From Diadema antillarum (taxonomy: Eukaryota), in the NCBI RefSeq assembly GCF_040938485.1, contig NW_027270983.1, positions 2,418,001 through 2,482,000 of the forward strand: DNA of 64,000 nucleotides, read 5' to 3'. Position numbers and translations under genes: made by a program. The notes below the pieces were generated by a model. That model was not told the origin of the DNA and searched no databases. It saw only the letters and a program-made list of their open reading frames with translations. Below, in pieces: positions 48,155 to 62,300 of this stretch (its first letter is position 1; each line of letters starts with the position of its first letter).

Positions 48155-50999
48155 ACGTGCCATCTCTGTCAGAGTAAACGCGTCTTGCGTCCCCCGAATC
48201 TACAACATTGAGTTCCTGACGTCCAATCATATGTCTTAGGCTACAGACTTTTCCTTTTCTAATCCCTTTCTCTACTTCTTTTACTTTTAACTAATCGTAG
48301 TCCACATAGACATACGCATAGTCCTCATATTCCAATCAATATCGAGTATTTGCAGCCTTTTGACAATGGTATATACAACGCCAACATTTGACAGTTCAGT
48401 TAAGTTTTAAATTGGGCATTCTCTTTTCAACACAAGTATAACGTAACACAAAATTTGACAATTGTACCAACAGTACTTACAATCTTATACAGGTTACCAA
48501 GTTTGTTTGTTTAATTTTTCTATATGCAAAGAGGGGACAGTTATATATTTACACACAACATTGCTCCTTTAGATTCGGGAATCGAACCCTAATCTTTTGG
48601 ATCTTTATACACTCCATTTTCTCCACAGAATGTATTCATATGTTTTTATAAATAATGCCTCATTTTGCAATGATTACAGGCATCCCTTCCTACCTGTGTA
48701 TCATGTAGAATGCACGCAATTTTGTACTGCGTAATTTTTCCCCCGTATTTTGTACATGTACATTCTGTTGAAAGAAGTAAAACTAGAAGTTTGAATTTGA
48801 ATTTGATCAGGAGGCATATTGACCAAGTCAAATCATCGCAGAATTGACAATAGTAACAGAAATGATGTGTTTGTATATAGTTTTGAAGAATTTCTTGATA
48901 GGATATCTCAAGAAATTAAGTTTACAAGACTCTTTTGGATTTTTTTTCCAAAAAAAATGCACAAATACATTATCTAAAGATAATGTAAAATATTTTGATA
49001 ATTTGATTTTATATCATGATACCATTTTACAGTATCCAGCAGAAAATATAAAAAACACCTCTCTAACGAGATGGATTATGATGTATAGAAAAGAATCAGC
49101 TCAAAATATTTCATTCTTTTGACAATAATTAAGCACAGGAGGACTGGCAGGAGGTATAATATTCAGAAGACCACTGATACGGACTAATCATGTATTTCTT
49201 GATAAGTTTTGAAGTTGTTATAAGAAAATGTTCTAAATAAATAGGTAATAATTATATGATAATGAAAAAATGCCGTCGAATCACCATGGGAATTTGGTTT
49301 ATATGTTACAGAGACATGGCCTTCGTGGTTTAACACTTTCATGGATTATTGATTACTTATCTTGTAGAAAGCAATGAAAAAAATAAATATAATGTAAGTC
49401 TTTTGAATCTGATATTGTGTGTGTTGTTCCTCAGTAATGAAGTTCTTGGCAATCTCCTGTATCTTATATAAATCAATGCTATCATGAAGTACTCCAGCAT
49501 TCTTAATTTCTGTTTACTTGCCATTAATACTAACATTATTTATTCCCATGAGGACAATGAAACGCTGATTAATATTTAACGTATGCAAATAGATAAAGTT
49601 TCTCAATGGTTTGCGTGAAATACATTTTCCTAGAATGTTTGCCTTTTTAACATAGCTTTTCAAAAATTTATATTCAGTAATACTTATTATTATTTCATGT
49701 ATGAATTGAAGTGAACTTCATGAAGTGAACTTCAGCCATTTCTTTTTGAATTATAAATGACTCTAAGTTAACTTGCAATAATAATATTCACAATATTCAC
49801 ACATATTGTTTATAAGTAATGGAAATTCTAGAGTTCAAAAAAACCCCTCACATTTCAAAATTAACGTATTACTTCACATAATGCTCTGAAATTACCAAAA
49901 CAAACTGTGGATCAAGTAGAATAAATTCGATTTTCATTCTTCAGAAACGTATTGTGCGATTAATCACTAAGTTTCTTTATCTAATCCCATCCGATCCCAT
50001 ATTCTATCGATTGAAAATACTGAAAGTTAATGATATACATACTTTTCAGACTTAAGCGTCTTCCTGAAAAAAAAAAAACAAACTTGGTGGGGTTTTCACT
50101 GCAAACCCTCCATTGTATTCATACCCAATTTGTCAATCACCAAATTGTAATCTCGAAAACCCTAGAGTCATCATAGCCAAAAAATAATTAGAACATCACG
50201 GGGCAGACGTCCCGAATTCTCTATCTCTAAATCTAAAATAGAGCTCATTATTCAATATTTTTTAAAAATATTATCATTATATCTGAACATTTTTCCAGTA
50301 CTTGAAAACTAATGTCATAACTTTTTGCTTTTATTTGTTTCAAATAACGAGTTGAAGATGAATCAGGTAGGAAGATTCTCTATCATCAATCTTTTTTTTT
50401 TTAAATAGGCTATAGAAACTTTCGCGTGTTTTGTGAGAAAAGATCACGTACCGATTGACAGTTTTTCTTTTAATTAACGATAGTTGTGTATTGTTTGCAA
50501 ACATTCGGGATGAAAGTTTTATCATGTGAATTTCTGGAAATCAAATAAAGATTATTGAAAAAAAATGTGTGCGTGGGTTTGTGTGTGGGTGTGTGTGTAT
50601 TATGTATGTTTGGTATTTCACCGACATGGAATGTCCAGATATACATCAGAGCAGGGAAGAAAATATGCCACCACTGGTCATCTTAAAGATGTACTATGAT
50701 GGTACTGGATTATTTATCATAGTTAGAATTATAACTGTGGTTGAATTATTTTGGTATCTTTTCAGTGCGATTGGTTTCTATCGTTCTATGCTTTCACAGA
50801 GTGAGGGGTGTGTGATACTAATCCATAGAGGCCTACATGAAGATTAGAAGATTTGCCTATCAATGGGTACAATGAATCATACCAGCCTACCTCCTATAAC
50901 GTCTTCAGTAATGTGAAATCGACAAATGGCCTGCAAATGATAAGGCTAACCATTTAAATACAATGGACAATGTAAGACGGCCAAACACTATTTCCAAAT

Positions 51000-51163
51000 A
51001 CGGCACTGTGATGCAACGTGGAAGAAAATGGACTTTGACCAACTGTTGACCAGGTACTCCTTCAGAATTCGAACAGTTCGTGTGCAAGCCTTTTGTATAA
51101 AGTTGCATATACAAACATTCGCAGAAGTGAAACACACGAAGTCATTCATATCGACAGGTGAGC
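51000..51163 (+). promoter_or_regulatory. Putative promoter and non-coding first exon (~51116-51157) of copy E
   Basis: TGGACTTTGACCA (HNF4-type DR1) at 51029; CATTCGCAG...CGACAG|GTGAGC donor; acceptor at 53316. Confidence 0.6.
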
Positions 51164-51884
51164 TTCGGGACTATTAAAGAGAGAATAGCATGTTCCAAAG
51201 AGATCAATCTTGAGTCTACAATTAAAAACAAGAGCCAACGTATAATCGGATTTAACAACGAATTATTTTTGGACGGGCAGAAAGGTAGGAATAAATGCTA
51301 TATTTCATATACGCAACAGGTGAGAGCGTTTGCCGTGCACATGCTTGCGCTCACGTGTAAACTTCACGGTTTCTTCTTATCCGTTTTTTCTTTCTTATTT
51401 TGGCCCCTTTTACCCATACATCCTTCTTTCCTTTTTATATGATTACAATGGGTAATTTCGAACAGTTGTATAATTGAAAAGATTCAGATGCTATATAGCC
51501 ATAAGTACACACGCTTATTTTCAATGGGAGTTGTAAAGTTGAGAGGTACTTGATTTGTTTGTATATCATATCTATCATGACAAGGAACGCTATTCGCAGA
51601 GACAGAAAGGTGACAAACTTTTATTGGTGACAGGTATATTTTGGTGGAGGTATATAGTATAGCTCGGGTATGTTTTTGTTTACCCTATATATCTCTTACT
51701 AGCTTCCAGGAACAATCTATTGTGAATGAAAGAAAATCAATATTGGCTGGTTCGAAGTTCAATCACTTCATTCATATAAGGCAAGCTCGGCTGTTTTTTT
51801 CTTTTCTCAGTCATGATAAGCTATAGGTAAGGTCACGTTGTCCTCAAGCGAAAAATAAAACAAACGGTAATTGGACTGAGCAGG

Positions 51885-52287
51885 AAAGTGTGTTTGTTTT
51901 GTTTGTTTGTTTGTTTGTTTGTTTGTTTGTTTGTTTGTTTGTTTCCATCTGAGAAGATGGCTGGATAGCCCATATTCAGCTACGTTAAGCTGGTCTTCCA
52001 TGGGGTCCAGTTGGATGTGAGGTGGGACCACTTCACCGGGTTAAACACCCTGCTCTTTGCGATGAATGAATGAAGCGGGATCTTTTACGTGCATGAGTTG
52101 TTACTATCTCACACACGGGACCTCCATTTTATGTCCTATCCGAGAAGAGGGACAGAGTGTTTTGCCTCTTGCTAGAGGGGACGGTATGCTAACACACAAC
52201 ATTGCTCAATCCAGACTAGGGTTCGAACCCGGGCCGCGTGATCGTGAGGCAGACGCGCTACGGACTGAGCCAACTCACCGCGTCTGA
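51885..52287 (-). mobile_element. Full-length Deu-like SINE with the best-preserved tRNA head
   Basis: Minus strand GCGGTGAGTTGGCTCAGTCCG...CTCACGA...GGGTTCGAACCC (Val-CAC-like loop, unpaired stems), family core and long (AAAC)n tail. Confidence 0.85.
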
Positions 52288-53337
52288 TACAGGGTTATGT
52301 ACCTATACACCTCCAGCGCTTTTACTTGAAACAGGATAACAAACCAAGTTGTCATTTTCCATTATGGTTTAACATTTCAAACGAAAACAAGCACGTAAAC
52401 ATCATATATACTAACGATCATTCACTCAGTCAAAATAACTTTATATGGCTTATATGAGTTACGCGGTGGTTGACCAATAGTGGTTTGTCAAAAATGAAGA
52501 CAGTTTTTACTAAAATCACTTCCTTATCAGACGTCTAAATGTTTGGTGTATATTTTTGAGGGAGAATGAATGCCCTCGAAGGTGATATCAACTTGCGGCC
52601 TGTATGCAGTGAAACGGCATTAGCAGATTTGGGAACATTTTGAAAGAGATGTGACAAACGTCTTAACGACAAAATATCTTAACACTGCATTTGTTTCCTT
52701 TTGTTTTTGCTTTCGTTGTCATAGCATTTAATTGTGCTGACATGATTTTGTGATATTACAAAAAAATGCAAAAACATGTTAAAATCTACTCTTTTTACAA
52801 ACGGTACTTTTATTTTCTCTTAGTATATCCATTACTATCCACTATCAACTTGAACAGGAAGCGGAGCTCATCTAAATATGAACTCCGCTCCATTTCAACA
52901 ATTAACTTGAACTTTTGCTATATAAGAATTGGCGTAATTTCACTTTAATTTCGAAGAAAATGTTTTGAATGGTGAAAGCGGAGTGTTGATGTGGGTGGGA
53001 CCTCTGACTCGTAAAGAAAATGAGCTTAGATATCATATAAATTTTAGGAATAAGATACGTTACGATGAGAATGAGTTACAGTTCCACTTTTGATTAGTTT
53101 AGCATATGCAGGCTGCTTATTACAGTCCTCACTTGTTCTTCATCGGGTTCGAGCACTGTGAAATACAAATACCTACATCCACAATGAAGGGTAAATACAA
53201 GATTGGTTATAATGATCAGATATACATTCGGATTATTGCATGTTATACGTTCCCGTAGTTCGCAATCATTTTCATGCAGCGTTCTCTCTTTTTTATTTTC
53301 AATTTGCGTGATACAGGACCGAAAGACAGTAGCCAGT

Positions 53338-56300
53338 ATGGAAGGAAAGGAACCTTCATCTGCCCCTGGTGTGCACATATACAAAGGGACTGTGCTTCCC
53401 AATAATGTGCTGGACTCCAGTATTGAAGCAATGCAGACATTTGAAGTTCGTCCAGACGATATCTGGCTGTGCACCTATCCAAAGTCAGGTATACGATTTC
53501 TCATGGGACTGCATTCCATTTAAACTCCTAACACGATAAAAAATACAGATACATTGTATGTCAGGATAGTAATTGAAATGACGAGTTTCATGAGAGATTG
53601 AGTGTGGTAAATACGCCGATCATTCCTAGAGGATATGACTACAGTTAACAGTGAAAATATAGTATCATACCTATATTTTTGTATATATACACATTTGTAG
53701 CTACCTAGCTTGATGGATAGATACACTTGATAGGGAAAAAAATCAATTTCATGCTTCTTACGCACGCCTGCAATAGAATAAGGTTAAATATCAATATATA
53801 TATATATATATAATGTGATATTGAAAGAAATTTTATCTACTTTTATGCATATATGATAACATAAGATAAATCTTACGCCCAATAATGATCACACACATTT
53901 TTCTCTTCGAAGGTGTAACAGCGTTTAATTCACCTGTTCTGTCTCATACTTTGTTTCGGAAGTGTTGATTCTTAATTTGTTAGCATTACACCATTTTATA
54001 ACGTCTAGTAAATTATGTTCAACTTCCTTATAGTCAATATTCTTAATTCCAGATGGAAAAGAATGAAATAAACTCAAATCATTTCAATTTATTTTATTTT
54101 ATACAATGACAAAAACCATTGTGTACGAGTTTTGTTTCTATTGTTACGAGGCATGTACTCATCATCGCATTATGGTTTATTTTGTTACATTTTTTTCTGG
54201 TTTTTTTTAACCTTCGAAGGGAAAATTTGTCTAATCATTTAGGCGTAAAAATCCTCTTTATCTTATCCTACCAATGTAAACGAGAATAAAATTATCATAT
54301 GAAACATATTTCATTCGATTCTATTGAACATTAACAAGCGTTAACTCTCTTTTTTTATGAGTACCTGGTAATTGTGACAAAAATGCACCCAGGACAGGCC
54401 CTCTGCGGCCAGAAAAAGAGAAGGCTTCCTGTCACTCAGCACAAGTCATTCACTCTCAGAGCTATTTACAGAGTAAGAGATAGAGGTTTACAGAGTTAAT
54501 ACTTCTTACCACATAGACTTCCAGGTGCCAGTGTGGAGAATGGCAGCTTGTTAAGTATACGTTTAAGACATCTTTTACTGCTGGGTCGCAATCGCACTAC
54601 CCTATGACATTAATTAAAGACTCCCGAAAGTAAAGAGTTAATTATTTTTTTATTTCATTATGAAGCCAAAAACAGTAGATCCCTGTGGGAAGCTTACGTT
54701 AATTCATTCATTGCCGATGTTTCAGTTGTACGCATAAAGTAGGTATATGCAAGAGATTCAGTTATTGGTAGAGTTAATCTCCTTATGTTTTTCGAAGACT
54801 CTACCTAAAACAATGGAGACCTGTCTGAAACTTTGATTAAGCCTTTGCACATTTCAGTAATGCCGCAGAAAAGAGTTTAGGTAATGGAAGTGTTAATTTT
54901 GTTATATGTTAAAAGAACCCCCCCCCCCCCCAAACAGGGGGTCCTTGTCCAAAACTGCATTAAGTCTCTCCCTGTGGTAGAATGTGCGGAAGGTACGCCC
55001 AAGGCATCTAGTGATTTGTTACGTAGTATAAGGAGTTAATTAATTTATGTTTTATATGAAACCCCGGAAAGAAGGTACTGGCGAGTGTGGTGTTGCAGAT
55101 AGGGTAACAGATAAGTCGGTAAGATAAGACGCCGTATCTAAATAAAGGGATTGAGCGGAGATATTTTGGTCATCGCTTGTATGGTTTGCTTTGTCTAAAA
55201 TGGGAGAAACGAGAGTAGTTTTTAATTAAGAAGTAATGACCAAACGTAATGTAATGGTTTTCTTTATCTGCCCTTCCATTTGAGTGGTCGGGAAGGGTAT
55301 AAATGTGTCCGGGTTTTGGTCTGGAAATCAGAGAGAATCCGACGAGGATCTCAGAGAGCAGACAAGTTCGAAACAAGGTACGGTTCTGGCCAGGTAGAGG
55401 CATTGGGTGCTGCAAGTCCCAACATAGAGCAAAAAGCAAATTTGGTTTGTAAGCTACGAGTTTATTTGCACATCGGCTTACCCCGGGCGAGTTAAATCTG
55501 TTAAGCCCCCCCCCCCCCCCCCCCCCTTCCGGGCGGCTGGTCGGAGTCGGTGGGGAACAGAGGATAGCACAGTCGGTTACTGAGCATCGGCTCGGTAATA
55601 GACATGGGCAGCGAGCGGCCCGTGCACGCAAGTATTCTGAGTTTCCTCACTGCCCAGTTCTCCTCCCTCCCCTGTCAATCTAGTCCGTTTATAGTTTAAT
55701 CCGTTAAATCTGTCCCCCTTTTATGAATATGTTAATTCTGGTTGGTAAATATAACGGTAGGTCGTGAGAACTTGACCTCGGCTGATGCTGTTTTGGTCTG
55801 GCAGAGCCTTATAATAAAAACATTAGGAGCAGCACCCGATGCTCTCGTGCCGCCAGGCTCGAACGTCATTTTCCCATGTGTTTCACGTCATGATTTGATG
55901 AAGTAATGTTTTGTACCACCCAACTCGATATTTGTTAAAACCAAGTTTCACGAGTAATAAAACCTAGTATCTGAGTTGTGCTCAGACTCCCAAATGAACT
56001 GTGTGATCCGTGAGCTGCTTGCCCACTGACTGCTTAGACTGCTCGCTACCAGGAACGTTTGTGCACGCCGATGTAGGACGACGCTGTTGTGATGGTGATG
56101 TTGGTGCAGGGAGGTGCTCACCTCCCTGGTTGGTGCTATAGTTATTGGGAAATCGTACAGACATAGACACACATCCCAGAGAGACACGAGTATACATATG
56201 CACACAGACAAGTACATAGATTCCTCACCACGTTGGTGGTTATAAATCATATCACAGAGGACACACACCACGACTTTTCGCCACATTTATGTGGGTGTGC

Positions 56301-59300
56301 GTTTGTTTGTTTTTTTTTTATTTCAGAACATTACATTAAACGCACAACTCTTTCGTTCTTCTTAATCTCTTTGTGCATCTTTTCGAAGGAACGCACTGGA
56401 TGTTTGAGATTGTTGGTCTGATCCTCACCAAAGGGGTGCCAGAAAAGATCGACCGGTCACTCGCCACCGGCACCGTTGAGATGATCGACATGACGCAAAA
56501 GATGCCGGCTACCCGCGAGGAAGAGCTCAAGAATCCTTTGGACCTTTCTCCCTTTTCGGATAAGATTGCGAAGGCGCCGTCCCCTCGTGTCATTATCACC
56601 CACCTTCCTCTCCGCTACTTGCCGCCAAACCTGGAAGAAAGAGGGAGGGTACGTCAGAGCAAGTCCAGTCTGTCAATTCAGCTGAACATCTTTTACCAAG
56701 CATTTACACATCAAAAAAACAGACAAAGATAGACCACGAGTGGATTTGCGATATCCTACAAAAAAAAGTGTTATTATCATTATTATTAATATTATTATTA
56801 TTGCTATTATTACAATTATTACCATCATCATCATTATTATCACTGTAGTGTATAATGTTAAGGAGTGACTTTATACGATATGGTGTAATTAATCAACTCA
56901 ATAAGGGAATGAAGTGGTCGGCAGCTGAGCTTCTCGATCTTGTACCCACCAATGCCCTTCATTTTGGAATGGAGTTAGATTCTGGTCTGATCTAATCAAG
57001 CTCTCTGAGATCCTTGAAGCAAAATCTCAAATTAAATTTCTTAAAATCTTGTGTTTAATTGTCTTATTCTGATCACTGGAAATATCTTTGTGCACTTACA
57101 GTAAAATCCCAACCGGGTGACGAAATTTATTCATTTCATTTCATTTCATTTCATTTATTTCCACATCCTGATAAAAAACATACAAGTAATACTAGAACAA
57201 ACACATACACAGTAGAACATTGGAACAATACAGAAAAATGTTCAACTTATAACAATTCCACACCATACAAACACAACATAAAAGCAATTCGTTCAGTTTG
57301 TGGGGGGATCAACATAGACCGTTTGGTCTTTCTATGGCTGATCCCAAGTATTACAAATAAGATAGTTACATTGATGGAATACGAACAAGAAAACTATACT
57401 ACCGAAAAAACACATACATTTAAGAAGGCAAGAGTCTCCATAGTGGCATGCTTATACACTGAATAAAACTTGAGACTTATAGCATATCTTTATGAACAAG
57501 AAAAAATTTATAACGTCTTTTAAATATTGACAGTCTATTAGACAACTTTATTACATTTGGCAAATCATTCCATAAGACAGGTCCCGTATATTTAAAAGTA
57601 TATCTTGAAACACAGTATTTAAAATTTGGGATATGCAATCTATTCATCTGTCTAGTATTGTAATAATTCTTATTTTGGATGAAGGAAGTATCAAGAAACT
57701 TTGGCAAAATGTTGTTCATATATGTGTACATGAAAACAGCGAGGAAGAATTTGTGCATATCAAAAATCGTCAATAGGTTATGCTGTTTAAATAAAGGACC
57801 TGTGTGGCTAAAGAATGATAGATTACTAATCATACGAATTGCACGCTTTTGTAAAATAAAAATGCGCTCTAAGAGGTACTTTGCACAATTTCCCCATATT
57901 ATGTTACAGTAAGATAAATGAGGCATAATCAAAGTATAATATAACTTTATAAGAACTTCAGAGGGTACGATTGCACGTATGCTATTGATTGCACCTATTG
58001 CTCTGAAGACTTTGCAGCATACTTCGTTGACATGATATCTCCATGTTAAATGATCATCAATGATGACTCCAAGAAATTTGGTAAAACAAACAACCGGAAT
58101 TTTAAATTCAGCAATGTTAACATCAAAATTATCAATACTTACTACTTTATTTCTTGGTCTAAAAATTATACATGATGTTTTATCTGCATTTAATTTCAAT
58201 TTATTGGCTATGAACCACTGATTAACTTTCTCTAATTCACAATTTAAGATTGCACTGATACTTTGTATATCTTCACATGAAATAAAAAAGCTAGTATCAT
58301 CTGCATATGAGATCAACTCTAAATATTTGCTAGCATACTGTAAGTCATTTATATAAAGAATAAAAAGTAATGGGCCTAGAACTGACCCCTGAGGTACACC
58401 GATATTTACAGTCACACGGGGAGAAGAAAAACCATTATATGTTACATATTGCACACGATTTGAAAGATAACTCTTAATCCAATTCAAAGCTGTACCTCTT
58501 ATTCCATAAAACTGCAGTTTACTCAACAGTATAGTATGGTCAATGCAGTCAAAGGCCTTCGACAAATCAAAAAATATTCCTACTAACAGGTTCTTATTTT
58601 CAATGGAAGTTGTGATTTTGTCTATAAAATCTAATAATGCCATATATGTGGAGTATTTTTGTCGAAATCCAAATTGTTTATTGAACAATACATCATTTTG
58701 GGAGAGGTAAGACATGAGACGAGTATGAACAAGTTTCTCAAATATTTTGGAAAACACAGATAAAATAGAAATTGGTCTATAATTTGATAAGACATTCTTC
58801 TCTCCTTTTTTGTATATTGGTATAACTTTGGCTACTTTTAAATTTTCTGGAAATATACCCTTTTCTATAGAAGAATTAAATATATGACACAATGGTGTTA
58901 CAAAATAATATATTGACTTCTTTACAACTGAAGGATCGATGTCATCAAATCCAGAACTCTTATTTGTTTTCAATTCTCGCACAATCTTAATTATCTCGTC
59001 TACATGGATAGGTTGCAAGAAAAAAGAATGTGAGAATGATATATGTGGCAAGAATTGCATAGAATTTGAGTCAGATTCAGGTAAACTCTGTGCGAGTTTG
59101 GATCCTATATTGCTAAAAAATATATTGAATGTATTGACAACAGTTTGAGGGTCAGATATAACTTCTCCATCATGTTTAATTTCCAAGTTTTGCACATCAT
59201 TTCTAGTTCTATTCAATACACTACTAATCAATTGCCATGTACCTTTCATATCATTACGTACATTCTCAAACATGTTGCTATAATACTCTCTTTTTCGAAA

Positions 59301-62300
59301 ACGAATTGCACTGTTTACCATATTTCTGTATTTAACATAAATTGATCTTCTATACTGAGTTGGACTTTTTATGTATTTTCTGTAAAGCATGTTTTTCTTC
59401 CTACATAATTTCTTTATATCATCAGTAAACCACAGATTTATACTACTTCTAGGGGTTCTTTTCTCTTTCAATGGAAAACATTGATTGTATATATTTAAAA
59501 ATTGTTGTATAAAAGAATCATACATACCGTCAACATCATTTATAGCATACACTGTTTGCCAATTCATATCAATGAGCCTTGATTGAAATTTGTATATATT
59601 TTCCTCAGTTATTATTCTCTTATATACCTTAGGCTTTACATTTAAACTTGGACAGTTATGATGATCAACGATTGTAAAAATACCAAAATGATCACTCACA
59701 TCAGCCATAATAATACCGGTTTTCATTACATTTTTTGCATTGTTTGTAAATATATTATCAATTAGTGTTGCAGTATTTGCAGTAATTCTGGTTGGCTTTA
59801 ATATCAGCGGAAGAAATGAAAAAGTAGCTAATAAATCAAAAAAATTGTTTCGATGTGAGGTGGAAGAAGAGCTCAGTAGGTCAATATTAAAATCCCCGAT
59901 CAAATAACATATTTTTCTTTCACGAGTTACCTTGGCAAGAAATGTCTCCAATAAGTGCATAAATTCAATCACACTTTGTCCAGGAGGTCTGTAAATTATG
60001 GCAAGAATTGCATTTATATGATTGCACTGTATTTCGGCAACAATTGTTTCAATATTATCATTAAAAATGTCCAGATCCTCCCGTCTCTTGTATCGCATAC
60101 TACTCTGCATCATACATGCAACTCCTCCTCCTCGCTTGTTTTTCCTACCTGATCCAATAAATGTGTAGCCAGGTATTGTAATTGATTCATGATTGCACAG
60201 CCAAGTCTCTGTTAATGCTATGAGAGAGAAAGAATTAGATATACTGGCAAGAACAGTGGTCAAGTTATCTAAGCTTTTCTTGATACTTCGACAGTTGAAA
60301 TGTACAATAGATAAAACTTTCGGATTACTTGAAAACACATCATTGACAGCATTATCATACTCGTGGGGCAAGATGTAATTTACATCCTCAATAAGGAGCT
60401 TATACCTGTCAAACATGGGATTTGCATCTTCAGAACTTTCTTGTAAACAGTTAATACATTCTTGATTATGATCATCAGGGATCTGCCTTCTACAAGTTAC
60501 ACATAAATGACGATAGGTGAACATTAACATCAAACAAGTCTAAACATATATCCCGGGACTTAATGTGTACATGCAAAAAAAAAAACAACAACAACAACAA
60601 CAACAACAACACACAAGTATTAAAACAAACAAGTGATGTATAGATGAAGACACTAACACCTAGGGGGTATACAAAATGTAATGTGTCTTGAAAACCAGTC
60701 AGTGTGCAAGCACTTAAAAATATATCATACAAATAAGACCTATACTATTCAGAGCCAGATGTCCTTCCAAGGAAGAGTATAAACTGCAATACACTTTAGG
60801 CGACTATTATATAGATTGTACAGTACTAATCATGTTACACATAATATATATCATAAATTACAATGACTTTATTTCTTTTTCATTGTGGATCACTTTTGTC
60901 ACCTTCTTGTTTCCTTTCAACAGCACAATTATCCTACCATCCTTGCTCCAGGCATTTTCAACATTCTTGTTCGATCTTGCAGAGTTCAACAGTTCCTGAT
61001 TCTTTTGCGTCAGATCCTCGACCAAAACCATCTTTTTCCCCTTCAGGTTCCTTCGGTGGGCAATCATCTCCTGTCTCTTCTTGTATGCCTTGAATTTCAC
61101 TATGATTCCTCGAGGAGATTCTGTGCCATCCTTTCGCATTTTCCGAGCCCCTACGCGGTGACTTCTCTCGATGTCCGACTCCTGCAGATCCACTCGCAAG
61201 ACGTCCTTTGCCAGCCCGACAATGATCTCATCTGTGTTTTCTCCTCTTTTCTCCGGGTAGCCGAACAGACGTAAACAGTTGCGTCTGGAGTACTGCTCTT
61301 GTTCGTTCAGAGAATTGTTGACCTTCTGGAGGTTATTTTCTTGTCTCTCCAGTTTCTCTTTCAGACGTGCGATCTCCATTTCCTTTTTCTTGTTGGCAAT
61401 TTGAAGATCATGTATGTCACCCTTTTGTTTGTCTACCTCTCCCTCAAGCTCTGTCAATCGTCTATTCACAGATTCTTCGATGACCGAGAGGAACTGTTTA
61501 TTTGTAAGGAGGTATTTCATGATGTCCTGAATCAGGGACGATTGCGTAACTTCTCTCACCTCCTTTGTCTTTGATCTGGTTGAGGGTGGAACAGAGGCCA
61601 TTGCACTGTACTGAGCAGGTGTGAACGATATATATGCATGGGATCAACAAACGTAGTTCGGGAATTCAGTCTGGCATTCACTGGAGAGGTTGTTATGATG
61701 AACATCAAATACTAACAGGTGTGGTTCCGCGTCTGTTGTTGGTGCAGACTCAGAATTCTTTCGGCATGAGGGGTACTAGCCCTTTATGAACATGGCCTGG
61801 CCTGTATACTCTGAAATGTTGAGAATCTCTCATCGAAATGGAAGGGATGGGACTATGGTACTTACAGCAGCCATGAAGAGATGTCCCCCTTCTCAGATAT
61901 CTGCAAGTATTCACCTATGAATGGAGTCATATTTGCTGAAAGGCGTATTCAGAAGTTCTCCTGGAAGTACTCTGAGGTATATACAGTGCTACATGATTAC
62001 TTTGAATGTCCGCAGCAACAACATAATCTGGATTTTGCAGCCACGATGTCCACACGATGTTCACAATTCACAATTCACAATTCATGTACCAAATTGTGAC
62101 TAAACTTTCATATCTTAGGTTAATCATGAACTCTACAATTATCAGTGCATTACGTAATTTCATAATAAATTCATTACATTATCGACACATTACGTTCTCA
62201 ACTTATGCTAGAGTCACACACGGCCGGATTTCGTACTGGGTTCATAAGGAATTAAAACCGTATCGACCCGGTTCGAGCCGTAGAGACCCGCATTGATCCG

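Larger units (their letters stand above)
57135..62079 (-). mobile_element. Full-length non-LTR retrotransposon (Crack/L2-group LINE), antisense in intron 2 of copy E
   Basis: Two intact ORFs; 3' (TGAAA)n tail at ~57135-57160; 3'UTR stem-loop at ~57300-57345; candidate TSD ATTCAT (57129-57134 / 62080-62085); absent from the paralogous intron of D (44031-44075). Confidence 0.93.

Noticed and set aside
52200-52287. tRNA-Val gene
   Set aside because: A and B boxes are present but the anticodon and acceptor stems do not pair, and it continues into the SINE body; the same holds for 11229 and 33445.
55860-55890. Primer-binding site (TGG...) after an internal ACACA, implying a 5' LTR
   Set aside because: The sequence does not fit a tRNA 3' end and no second LTR copy is present.
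61921-62103. LLKGVFRSSP as a DIRS tyrosine-recombinase fragment
   Set aside because: Only a short resemblance, antisense to the LINE 5'UTR, with no supporting flanking motifs.
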